DNA of 47,250 bases, the filler included, from Streblomastix strix (Eukaryota), in NCBI GenBank assembly GCA_008636045.1. It is 2 parts of 2 records of this genome, joined end to end, with 100 filler letters (N's around TTAATTAATTAA, not from the genome) between each part and the next. Parts side by side here need not be neighbours in the genome. Positions count along the whole stretch, not along the records: positions 1 to 23,582 come from SNRW01000271.1; positions 23,683 to 47,250 come from SNRW01000272.1. The stretch is one strand, 5' to 3'. Made by a program: the position numbers and the translations under genes. This document shows, in pieces, positions 13,471 to 24,353 of the stretch (the first letter of the stretch is position 1; each line of letters starts with the position of its first letter). The notes beneath the pieces are model-generated. The model saw only the letters and a program-made list of their open reading frames with translations, was not told the DNA's origin and searched no databases.

Positions 13471-14239
13471 ATCATTTTAACTAATTTTTTATTTGAATTT
13501 ATGATAATTTTATTTTTTATATTGATATATAATATATATTCACTAGTTCTATAGAAATAATTATTATTATAAGTATTTATCATTAATTTCATATTTAATC
13601 AATTTTTTCAAAATCATTTATTGTCACGCTGTTTTTACCCCAAAATTCGTTATATTTAGATTTATGAAAGATTGGTTTAATTTTAAATTATATCATTATC
13701 TAATAATTATATATATCTGATTATATATAATTAATATATATATTTTTATTATTTATTATAGATTTATTATTATAAACATTTTCTTTTCCCAGAAAATTTT
13801 TTGGTCGTTCATTGGGTGTATATTCAGCTGGAAGTAGAATCTAAACCCAATAGAGATTAAATTCGTGGTTTTAGTTTTGATTAAGGTATTTATGAAGATA
13901 TCTATTTAATTTTTGATTATATTTTTTGTTTCTGAACAGAAAATCTAATTAATATATTGATTTGTTTTTATTCTTTTCTTATATTATTTTTTTATCCTGC
14001 CATTTTAAAGAATGAAATAAATACAAATTTTGTTTAGAACTGTAATCATTACATAATCGTTGTAACTGTTCATATTTCAAATTAAACTAGTAGCCAATTT
14101 CCTCTATTTAATAAATATAATTATCAAACAGTACAAATTTTGGTTATATATTTGGAAAATCTATTTTCAATTAAATATTTATTTTCTACTCCTCCTGAGC
14201 ATATTACTATTTGTTTAATTACCTAATCCATGTGAAATA

Positions 14240-14453
14240 CAGAAAACATCGGTTAATTTAACGATGCATGCGCCAAAGATAACAATCGTAGAATTAAATA
14301 TAATTCAACGATTTAGGATATTTCTATCAAATTTTTAGAAAAAATCATTTAAATTTTCATTTTTTCAAAATTTTATTAAATTTTTAAAAATATTTTCGTC
14401 GAATTAATGGATAAGTCGAATTAAGCGATAGTCGAATTAATCGATATTTTCTA
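14240..14453. mobile_element. Tc1/mariner-pogo-type MITE with TA target-site duplication
   Basis: TA|CAGAAAACATCGGTTAATTTAAC ... GTCGAATTAATCGATATTTTCTA|TA (21/26 inverted match including flanks); three subterminal GTCGAATTAA repeats at ~14398-14440. Confidence 0.65.
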
Positions 14454-14773
14454 TATTCTTGTAAGAATAACTTTCAGTTATTTATCTATGATTGTTATAA
14501 TTTTTCTCATTAATATGAATCTAGTTTCTTTAGTAACTTTTTGCGAGCAGCTACATGTGTTTAGAGTATTTACGTTAAATCTCGTTCACTAACCAATTAA
14601 TCATTCAATTATGCGGATTGATTTAACACGAATATTGAATTAAACTATATTTATTTAATTGTATTATGCGAAAAAAATCTAATAAAAATGATGTGCCAGC
14701 CTTGTTGCATCACTTTGAAATGATTCATAATACGTATTTTATATACAAATGTGCAAAAATAATTCATTCAGTT

Positions 14774-15398
14774 TCATTTTAAGAAATAATCTGATGCTGA
14801 TAATCCAAATATATATGATGCGCAACATTAGTTTCATAATACGACTGACTTTTTATGGAAACCAGTTAAAGCAAACATATTCATATTAGATTAACAAATT
14901 TAGCCTCTATATTACCTTAATTAGTGATTATCTCTCCTTTTCTGAATATTTATATCTATAACTTTCTTGAAATTGTCGATTTTAAATGAAATCGATTTAT
15001 TGATTCCATTCGTAGATATTTATTATTGATAAAAATGATTTTACGTATGGTGAACTTGATTCATGAACTTATCATTTGCATTTTATTTATCGAAATCTTT
15101 TTTATACACATTCATCGAATAATATTTCGGAAGTAACGCAACATTATCGTATCTTTCGCTCTCAAATGCAAAATCTTATAATTTCTTTTCTTGCTCTTTT
15201 TTTTAAAATTTGAATTCTGCAAATAATCAAACATATATTTACTTTAAAACTTTTTATCAGTAATTGTGACTTCAGGTTACTAGTGACAATTTATTGATTT
15301 ATAGCCCGCTATTGCAATATTTATGGAATCTATCTCAACATGCACAAAATAAAACTTTTGTCGATTTATACATTAGAGATAGAGTATAAAATTTTTGG
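14774..15398 (-). pseudogene. pPolB C-terminal fragment, heavily decayed (copy 4)
   Basis: CINRQKFYFVHVEIDSINIAIAG (cf. CLDRKRFHFVLADTDSIYIAIAG) and ALTGFHKKSVVL*NQCCASYIFGLSASDYFLK* (cf. ALTGFNNKSIVLRNQCCCPYIKGLTAKDY). Confidence 0.85.
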
Positions 15399-15401
15399 AA
15401 C

Positions 15402-15810
15402 TTAAGATTTTCCGTATGGAATTGCCCTCATTCGTCCCAGCCAAATGATCATCACCATCAACGCAAAAAATCAATCATTTTGACAAATCAAATGTCATAG
15501 ACGGTTTTAGTTAATTATCCACGTCGCTCAACAGTAATTCTGCCGTGGAAATTGGAATCGTTTGTCCACGTCAAATGACTATAAGCATCAACGCTTAATT
15601 CTACATCAAAGAGCGCTAATTCTGCCACATAAATTAGGAATCGTTTGTCCCTACCAAATGACCATCATCATCTACGCACAATTCAATCAAAATGACATCA
15701 ACTATGTCATGTTACATGTTAAATACATAGGCAAATTAGTAAAATGTCAACAACTGAGATCACTAATTCTTCCATGTTAATTGGAACCGTTTGTCCATGT
15801 CAAATGACTA
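15402..15810. repeat. Array of four ~47-bp imperfect direct repeats with internal dyads
   Basis: Copies at ~15402, 15535, 15617 and 15764. Consensus TAATTCTGCCnnnnAAATTGGAATCGTTTGTCCnnnnCAAATGAC; the first copy is the most diverged. Confidence 0.8.
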
Positions 15811-15817
15811 TTAATGC

Positions 15818-15862
15818 AAAAATAATCATAGATAATTAATATTAGTATCTATTATGATTTTT
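15818..15862. promoter_or_regulatory. AT-rich imperfect palindrome just upstream of the pPolB start
   Basis: AAAAATAATCATAGATA-ATTAATATTAG-TATCTATTATGATTTTT (15/17 arm match); function inferred only from position. Confidence 0.4.
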
Positions 15863-15886
15863 TATTTTTTTTTAATTTCGTAATAA

Positions 15887-18800
15887 ATGTCTAAGTTGAC
15901 AAAACCATAAATTTTTCAATTAATGGCTATTGTTAGACCAATCAATGAGTCGGAGAAATATGGCTCATTATACACTGAATTAGTAACTAAATTAAAGAGC
16001 TTAAATTATACAGGTAGTAGAGCAAACTTTGCTAATGTGCTGTTATTTCTTGAGTAACAATTAGGATAACCATATCAATAACTCATGTAAGAAAGTTACA
16101 TCAATTAATCGGATTTCAAAGATAGACTGTAGGATAGATAACACTAACTATTCATTAATGAATTTGATGTTGATAGGATATATAATGATCGAATTAATAA
16201 AGCAAAATAGAGATTAAGAGTATATGACGCTATTGACTAATTCAAAGTTAAACAGTTTAATGATGATAGAATATATAAAGATAAAATCAATAAAATTAAA
16301 CGCAATCTCAATCAATAAATCATGTAGAATGAAGATGATATCTCTAGCGCAATTTCAACAATTGAAAATTTGAAGAGGATGAATAAGTTATCATAAATTG
16401 CATTACAATTATGTGATATTGATAGTGAAGAGGAAGCAATTAAAGCAATAAAAAGAGTTGGCAAATTCAAAAATAGTGAAGCAGTTGCTGAAGTAGTTTA
16501 TGATGAAATCACTTATAAGCTTCATTACTTTAATAAACTAACTCAGTAAGAGCAACTGTCTTAATATGCGGATAAAGTATATGATTCATACAAAGGACTT
16601 CCATTTAAAGTTCAAATTGATTTTGGTGTCCTATTATAAGAAAAACATGATGGTAATAATTATAAATATTCAGCTAGAATCCCTTCATTAGATAATGCTT
16701 TCAAGCATAAGTAATCAACAATAAGTGACAAGAAGTCACTAGAATAATTCAAAGTAGATATGTTTAAATAATTAAGAGAATTGATGGACTATACATATGA
16801 TGACACTAAAAATTTGATAGTTAGAATATTTAATGTGATGTTCACTATTTATAAATTAATAGACACTGGTGCAAGAATGCCATATCTTGATAAGCATTTT
16901 AAATAGCACTCAGTTCATTATATAGATTCAGATTATAAAATATGTTTCTTTATAGCACTAGCCTATAGAATAAGAAGTGAAATTGATGAAAAAGTTAATA
17001 ACTGTTAAGTAATTTCATTTGTTAAACAATTGTTCGCTTACTTCTACAGAATTAAAGGTAAATATTAATTATTTAAGTACTAATATATTAATGCGGCTAA
17101 GAAAGACTAATCTCTCAACAAATATCTGTAAGAATACTAAGGTTTCAATATCTCAACTGAAATGACTAAATTCATTGATACATTCAACCTTGTTGTTAAT
17201 ATATACACTTATCATGAAGAGCTAGATGGTAAAACAGGTCAATATAGACTATTTAATTCATATGGTGAACTTAATAATGAATCAATGACATTAGACTTAT
17301 TACTCATTAGTGATGGAACTGAGTAACACGTGATGTATGTATCTAATGTTGAAAGATTGACAGGTGTTCTCATATGTCCATACTGTCATGATTATGTTAC
17401 AATATTATCAACCACTAACAAAAGAGCTAATGAATATTTCAATACTCATGTTGAAAAATATAAATCATCAACTCATACCCCATTTATCCTATTACATGAT
17501 GTTCCAATGCCAATATGTCCTGCGGTATTAAATCATCCAACAATAGAGTACCTAATGGCCTATGGACTAATGGATTAGTTTAAAGCATAACGAGGATTTA
17601 TAACATATGACTTTGAAACATTGACCAATTAGGTAATGAGAGAGATAACTGATTAAACAACTCTACTCTAATAACTATCTAAATTATCAATTGCGTCGAC
17701 AGAAGTGTACCCCAATTAAGACAAATCATATGAATTAATTAAGAGATGTTATACACTATTCGATGAGCTATCCGATGATTATTAAGACAAATTATAAAAT
17801 TATGAATTACCATCCAATTCATCATTTGTTCATCTATGGCTCGCATAAACATTTGAGTCAGCAGAATAGATATATTAGTTTATGAAGTATGAAAATGAAG
17901 ATATCCCTTTTGATAAGTCTGTTAAGGTATTGGGATGGAATAGTTCAAGATTTGATATTGCTCTGTTATGGGATGCATTAGATTGTGAACTTTGGTCAAT
18001 GGGTGCACCTATTGGCAGTCTCAATAATACTAAATCAATTACGGTAACACATAAGAAGTCACACATGAAACTATAATTCATTGATGCAGAGAACTTTATC
18101 GGTCCAATGACACTAAAAGCTTGTGTAAAGGATTATGGTGATAAAACTGAGCATAAAGATGTATTTCCTTATGAAATTATTAGCTCAAGCAATTGGAAAG
18201 AAGTATTTCTCAAAACAGAATCATTTGAATATGAAGATTTCAAATCATAGCTTAAAGGATATTACTCTATCACTAAAGATGAGTATGAATAATATTTGAT
18301 CGATTTTAAGAGATTCACCAACAGATTAGAATACCTAAAATACTATAACATCAATGATACGGAGATTATGGTTAAGCCATTAATGAACTTAATTGATACG
18401 TTTGAATAATTCAATATTGATGTTTTACACTATATTTCAATTGCTTCATGTGCATATGCAACGAAACACTATTCAACATACTTTCCTTCTAAATTCAATC
18501 TTGAAAGTGACAAATAATAGTATTACGAAGATTTTGATATAAATGCTGATTATTCGAACCCAAATCCTAATGCTAAACCATCAATACTAACAACGGGCTA
18601 TTGGAAGAATAAGTGTTATCACTATAATTAACAAGATTATAAGGCGGGTAGAGAGACGGATAGAAACGTAACACCTGATGACTATGATTATTATAAGAGC
18701 TTGTTTGAAACATCAGTCTGTTCAATTTGTAATGCAAAATTCACTTATGACAATCCTCCGAGCTTAGATAGATAAGATAATGAACTTTCTCACACTAAAG

Positions 18801-20455
18801 ATAACTGTTTGCCTGTATGTATTTCATGTAATATCGCTCATGCAAATAGAGACCCAAAAATAACATCATTACATATCAAGATGAGATAATATGCAATTAA
18901 ACACAATTTACCTATGACTATAAGTGATGTAAGAGTATATAAATTACTTCGCGAGTGTATTACAGGTGGTCTTGCAGCAGTATTTCATAGAGAGAATATT
19001 GCAGGTAAAACTCATATAAATGAACTAACTTATGATGAATAATCAAACAAAGTGATCTCATAAGATAATGAAAATGTCACTACACACGTATTTGCTCTTG
19101 ACGGTAATAGTCTTTATCCTAGTTCCTATTCATCAGTCATGAATGAAAATATCCCATACACTGATCATAGAATGTATATGGCAGGTAGATCGAAGTTCTA
19201 TTCAGAAAAACCATATATAGTCAAAAACTGTATAGACTAACGAAAGGATATATTTGTGGCAAAAGTCAAAGGCTACTTCCCTAAATCAGAGTACAATAAC
19301 CTCCTTGCACTACCCCCTATATTTAGAAATATTGAGATACAAAACAAAGAAGAGGTGATAGGTGAATATATGAATTCATAAGCACAAAAACATTCACTTC
19401 CAATGACAAAGAAAGATAGAAAATTGACAACATTACTCGACATTAACGACTAATTTATGGTATTCAATAACTATTATCTTTGGCTTCTTATTGATCTCGG
19501 CTTCATCATCACTGACTATAAGGCTATTGCAGTGTTTGAGAAAAATACAGCATATGAGCCTTTCGTTAGAACAATGATGAACTTAAGGATTTAATCTATA
19601 TTAGCAGGATCAACTAAAGAGAAGTTCTATAAGCTTATAATTAATTCATCGTATGGATATGACACATTAAACGCAGAGAAATTTGGTAAAATAAAGATGC
19701 TAGATAAAGCTGGTACTTTCATCGCATAACATCATCCTAATCACATGGGTACTAAACGTATTAGTGCTAACACATTTGCAGTATAAATTAAGCCTAAAAC
19801 AGCAAATTGCTTCACATCAATTCAATCAGGAGTCTTTACACTAGATAATGCGAAATATTGGTATCTTAATTATATATATAACTTCATGTATAAGTGCTTA
19901 GACCGTAAACGATTTCATTTTGTTCTAGCAGATACTGATTCAATCTATATTGCAATAGCAGGTGATCGAAATAAAGACTGCCATTAATAATTTGAATCGA
20001 TAGTAACAGATAAACAGTTCTATTACTAACATGTGTACTAATATCTACCTGATCCTAATAAAGACATCTATGATTACAAAAAGATACTTGGATTTGGTAT
20101 TGAAAATGAAGGATATGAACTTTCATCATTAGGTCCAAAGTGCTATTCAATGATTGTAAATAAATGGAATAAAGAAAAGTAATAGTATGAATTTAAACCA
20201 AAAATAACAGTAAAAGGAGTAAGTAAATCATAATAGATATCGCATAGTGATTACGTTAATGTTACTAATAAGGATATAGTGAAAAAAGGAATCAATGGAA
20301 CATTAAAAATGTACGATAATGTTATGAGCAGCATTTAAGTTGAAAAATATGCATTAACTGGATTCAATAATAAGTCAATAGTGCTAAGGAATTAATGTTG
20401 TTGCCCTTATATTAAAGGATTAACAGCAAAGGATTATATTATCAAAGATTAATGA
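15887..20455 (+). CDS. polB: Intact protein-primed family B DNA polymerase (1522 aa) with long N-terminal extension and internal HNH-like zinc-binding domain
   Basis: Single open frame with TAR=Gln that joins track ORFs 17330 and 17882. Motifs: ExoI TYDFET, ExoII GWNSSRFD, KDVFPYE, ExoIII YYNIND, ITGG, motif A LDGNSLYPS, motif B KLIINSSYG, motif C ADTDS, GPKCY, VKGV. Confidence 0.95.
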
Positions 20456-20482
20456 ATTTGTTATTTTTTATTTTAATCTAAT

Positions 20483-20896
20483 ATGGAGTCAATATAGCAA
20501 TATCTTACTCAAATTGATACAAACAATAAGAGGATTGAGGAATTAATGAAAAAGAAAGACTAACAATAAGAGATTATTAATTAAATGAAATAGTCTAAAT
20601 ATAAATCAAATCACACTAAAAATCAATTGATTTCTGGCATAAATGCTAATACGAAGAAAGATGATGGTATATTATCAACTATTCTGCTGATGTAGCCCTA
20701 AAATGATAAATAGATAGATTGTCCCTTCGTTGACATGAGAAAAATACTTAAACAAGCTGTATAAAATGAATTACATTGGATTAATTGTAATAACACTAGT
20801 TATAACAGATTACAAAACGCATTAATGGAATATGATGAAATCAGATATAATTATTAGCAATAGTTAGAAGATTTACTTGACAATATAGATGATTGA
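20483..20896 (+). CDS. Element hypothetical protein, 137 aa, N-terminal coiled coil
   Basis: Open ATG-TGA frame MESIQQYLTQIDTNNKRIEELMKKKDQ...LEDLLDNIDD*. Confidence 0.75.
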
Positions 20897-20919
20897 TTGC
20901 TTATTTTTTCCTAATCAAA

Positions 20920-21063
20920 ATGACTCTCTTTGAACCAATTACTGCAAATATAACCAGAGCAATTGAAGCACTTGAATCACTACACATTGATTGGCATGCT
21001 ATATGGAAAGCTATTTATGAGGCAGGAATCAAGTTCGCTTGCGAATCAAAGTTATGCAAATGA
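20920..21063 (+). CDS. Conserved 47-aa element microprotein (copy 2)
   Basis: MTLFEPITANITRAIEALESLHIDWHAIWKAIYEAGIKFACESKLCK*; homologues at 1080 and 23492. Confidence 0.82.
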   Translation: MTLFEPITANITRAIEALESLHIDWHAIWKAIYEAGIKFACESKLCK

Positions 21064-21112
21064 ATTAAAAAGTAGTTAGATATTTATTTTTTGATTTTTT
21101 TATTCTATGAAA

Positions 21113-21700
21113 ATGACACAAACAGAAACACAATTCGTCACTCTTAAAGCTAATAATGAGTTTGAGATTTCAACATCCGAGCCATGGATTATACGTAGAA
21201 AAGAAGATGGATTTATTCCTAAATTCAGTTAGAATAATCGTGGGTATTTGCGTGGAAATGTTGGTGGATAAAAATGTGATCTTCATAAAATTATTGCTGA
21301 ATAATTTGTCACAAATGATGATCCGATTAATAAGACATAAATTGATCATAAGGATTAAAATAAGTTAAATAATAGAGTAAGTAATTTAAGATATGTATCA
21401 CCAAGTGATAATTGTAAAAATAAATCGAAACACAATGATGATATAATTTATGAATATGTTGATGAAACTCCTGATGACACTATCACTATTAATGATTATG
21501 GAACACATAGATTTGAATTCTATTCTTATAGTGAAGAAACAGATAAATTTTATTACTATAACGGCTTAAGATATAGAGTGTAACATATAAATGAAACAAA
21601 ACGAAGTGGGTTATTATTTATTTACGCTTATGATACTAATGATAATCGAGTAAATATCTATATTAATAAATTCAAAAGATTATATAACATAATTAATTGA
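21113..21700 (+). CDS. HNH endonuclease (HNH_3/NUMOD4-associated type), 195 aa
   Basis: GYLRG...LHKIIAEQFVTNDDPINKTQIDHKDQNKLNNRVSNLRYVSPSDNCKN. Confidence 0.9.
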
Positions 21701-21759
21701 AAATAATAAATGAGGAAACTAGATATTATTATTTTTTTCAGTTTTTTATCCATTTAGAA

Positions 21760-22104
21760 ATGGCATAGACAGAGAATCAGACTTACGCCAACAACATTAG
21801 AATAAAATCACGTGCTGAATCTCGTTTTATTAATCAACAGCTTAAATATGATTTTGTCAATCAACTCCCTGATGATGCTATTCGAATTGAAATTTATGAT
21901 AGTGGTCGCGCACATCATGAGTTTTAAAATCATTATTACTATAGCTAGCAAACAGATACATTCTATTCACGTAATTACTTGATATTACCTATTAGTGAAT
22001 AAAAGAGAACAGGAACATAAATTGTATATTTGACTGATTCAAATGATAATAGAGTTGCTATAAATATCATTAAATTCAAAAGATAACGCATCATAATTAA
22101 TTGA
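21760..22104 (+). CDS. 114-aa paralogue of the HNH protein's C-terminal domain, lacking the HNH core
   Basis: YDFVNQLPDDAIRIEIY...YYYSQQTDTFY...TDSNDNRVAINIIKFKRQRIIIN* aligns with YEYVDETPDDTITINDY...YSYSEETDKFY...YDTNDNRVNIYINKFKRLYNIIN*. Confidence 0.8.
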
Positions 22105-22166
22105 GTCTTTTATCTAAAAGCTAAGCATCTAAAGATGATTATTTTTGCTTACTTATTATAAATTAA

Positions 22167-23426
22167 ATGGCATTAAGACAGTAGTAACAACTCGATTAAC
22201 AGAAAAATATAGATTCATATTCACTAGCTTATAGTTACTTAAATAATTTTGATAACTCGAATAATATCACATTAACGAAAGCATAGATGAAGAAGATATT
22301 AGATAAAGATTCTGATAGCAGACTAATTGAAAATGGCAATTATTATACTACTTACTTAACAAATGATGATTATACTAAATTATGGGATAAGTACAAGAGT
22401 TGGGTAGAGGATGAAAATCCGAATTTGTATAAGTATATCATTGAATAGGAATAAGCTGATTAATCAATAGTTCCGTAAATTTAAGTCTATTAGCCTATAA
22501 GAATTAATTAACCGTTATTGAATACTCCAATTATCTAACCTTCGAAACCGAAAGCTAAAAAACAAAGCTAGTCAATCAACTCTGTAGACGAACTTAATAA
22601 ATTAAAGTAGTAGGTAATAGATATAGTTGCTGAATAGGAGTAATTCAATTTAGATAATGATATTGATCCAAACACAAAAATAAATACAATGCTCTAATAA
22701 TAAAGCATTAGTACAAAATAGTCATTTTATACCAGTTTTCTGAATCATAAGTTCAATTAAAAGCAGTTCAAAGTATTGGATTAAATAGCATTATCTATTA
22801 ACTTTGTCGACTAATATCTTAGCTAATGGTATGACTAATATATCTTACAATATTCCGAGAAATATCCATAGAAAATTTATGCTTAACATAAGCTAAAGAA
22901 ATCAAAAAAAGTGAAAGATGATTTATACTAAATAATAACATAGAAGAAATTCCCTTTCAAATCAAAGTATGATGTTATCCGTAATGCTAATTACTATGAT
23001 ATCCCATCACATTAAACTAAGAACTAATTCGATATTTATCCTTAGACTAATACCCTTGAACCACATGACTATCAACTCAAACCGTTAACGAAGTTCGAAA
23101 GACCCTATTTCTCACCGAACTATAACTCTTGGGAAATTGACTAAGTATTCATAATGAAAAAGAGTATTGAAATTAAACAATACCTATTCGCTATTAATGT
23201 AAACACTAAGTTTTTAGTAGTGATTCCAGTCAAATCGAAATCATAAATTCCAATCCTTGATGCTCTCAAATAACTCATATCGCTTGTTTAGATTGATGAT
23301 ATCAGAGGTGATGGTGAGAAGTATTATGCCTCAAAATTACTAAATGATTTCTATAAAGAAAATAACATAAATACATTCTTCACAGGCAACAAATTCACTA
23401 TTAGCTTTAAGAGTAACGAATTCTGA
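22167..23426 (+). CDS. rve integrase with long N-terminal extension, 3'-truncated at ~23400
   Basis: Open frame to RPYFSPNYNSWEIDQVF...YLFAINVNTKF...DIRGDGEK...GNKFT, then runs into an inverted foreign segment before the third catalytic residue. Confidence 0.88.
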
Positions 23427-23582
23427 TTCTGTCTATGCCATTTTATAAATGGATAAAAAAAATGAAAAATAATATCTAACTACTTTTTTATTCATTTACA
23501 TAACTTTGATTCACAAGCGAATTTGATTCCAGCCTCATAAATAGCTTTCCAAATAACATGCCAATCAATATGGAGCTATTCA
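23399..23582 (-). repeat. Inverted paralogous copy of the microprotein-HNH gene junction (microprotein 3' part 23492-23582; HNH start at 23441)
   Basis: Reverse strand reads EQLHIDWHVIWKAIYEAGIKFACESKLCK* then MAQTESEFVTLKAN; similar but not identical to 20975-21155. Confidence 0.85.
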
Positions 23583-23682
23583 NNNNNNNNNNNNNNNNNN
23601 NNNNNNNNNNNNNNNNNNNNNNNNNNTTAATTAATTAANNNNNNNNNNNNNNNNNNNNNNNNNNNNNNNNNNNNNNNNNNNN
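23583..23682. other. Artificial contig-joining linker
   Basis: 44 N + TTAATTAATTAA (standard-code stops in six frames) + 44 N. Confidence 0.97.
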
Positions 23683-23684
23683 AA

Positions 23685-24353
23685 TCCTCTAATTTTTAGA
23701 TAAAACTACCTCAGTAAGATCAGCAAATTTAATTTTCATTGTAATAATAGTAATAATAATAGCAAATTTAATTTTAATCACTATCATTATCGCAATCAAT
23801 ATCTTCATCACAATCATCAACATTATAGCAATATATTCATTCACCACTTTTGACTCCACAGAAATCGGAGCATTCATTAAATTCACTGCAATTTGATCTC
23901 TCATTGACCCCACAACACCAATAAGTGCTTCTTCAGTAATCGCCGAAGCATTAACTATCATCTCAAGGATCAAAAAGCAGCTTTAAAAAGAAGACATCTG
24001 CACAAATATACATAAATTCTCCGCTTGGGCATAGCGCTGATATCGAAAATGAAAATAATAATAATAATAATAATTTGAACGTTTAAAAAGAAGGAGAAAG
24101 TAATAATAATAATAGTAAAAAAAATGAAAGCGAAAAAACTCCTTCAAAATAAGATAAAGAGAATTCCAATGCTTGGAATGAATTTAGTTAGAGATAGTTG
24201 AATACTTTGAGTTCAGGAACCAATACTGTGAAATCTCACGAAAAGGAATAATAGTAGTAGTAATAATAAGTTGAAGATAAAGATTTAGAGAATATGATTG
24301 ATTAATAAATATTATCATTGAACTCAAAATCAGGATGTTGCTGCGTTATGTGA
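23685..24353 (+). CDS. 3' end of a host low-complexity (Q/S/N-rich) protein ending in a CaaX-like motif
   Basis: Open frame with TAR-encoded poly-Q runs ending ...NSKSGCCCVM*. Confidence 0.7.

Larger units (their letters stand above)
15402..23400 (+). mobile_element. Young, apparently intact Polinton-like element (right part missing)
   Basis: Repeat array, then co-oriented uninterrupted pPolB, 137-aa ORF, microprotein, HNH, HNH-C paralogue and rve integrase, with intergenic gaps of ~20-60 nt. Confidence 0.88.

Noticed and set aside
15562..15780. 72-aa track ORF in the repeat array
   Set aside because: Non-ATG start, lies across a non-coding repeat, and repeat spacing does not consistently keep frame
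15402..15810. CRISPR array
   Set aside because: Units are diverged, spacers are very unequal and partly related to each other, there are no cas genes, and the context is eukaryotic
18530..18915. Intein in pPolB
   Set aside because: No recognisable Cys/Ser N-terminal block or His-Asn C-terminal splice junction; too short for a HINT domain plus nuclease
23627..23638. TTAATTAATTAA palindrome as a biological site, and physical linkage of the two halves
   Set aside because: Synthetic linker centred in an N-run; adjacency of the left and right contigs is unsupported
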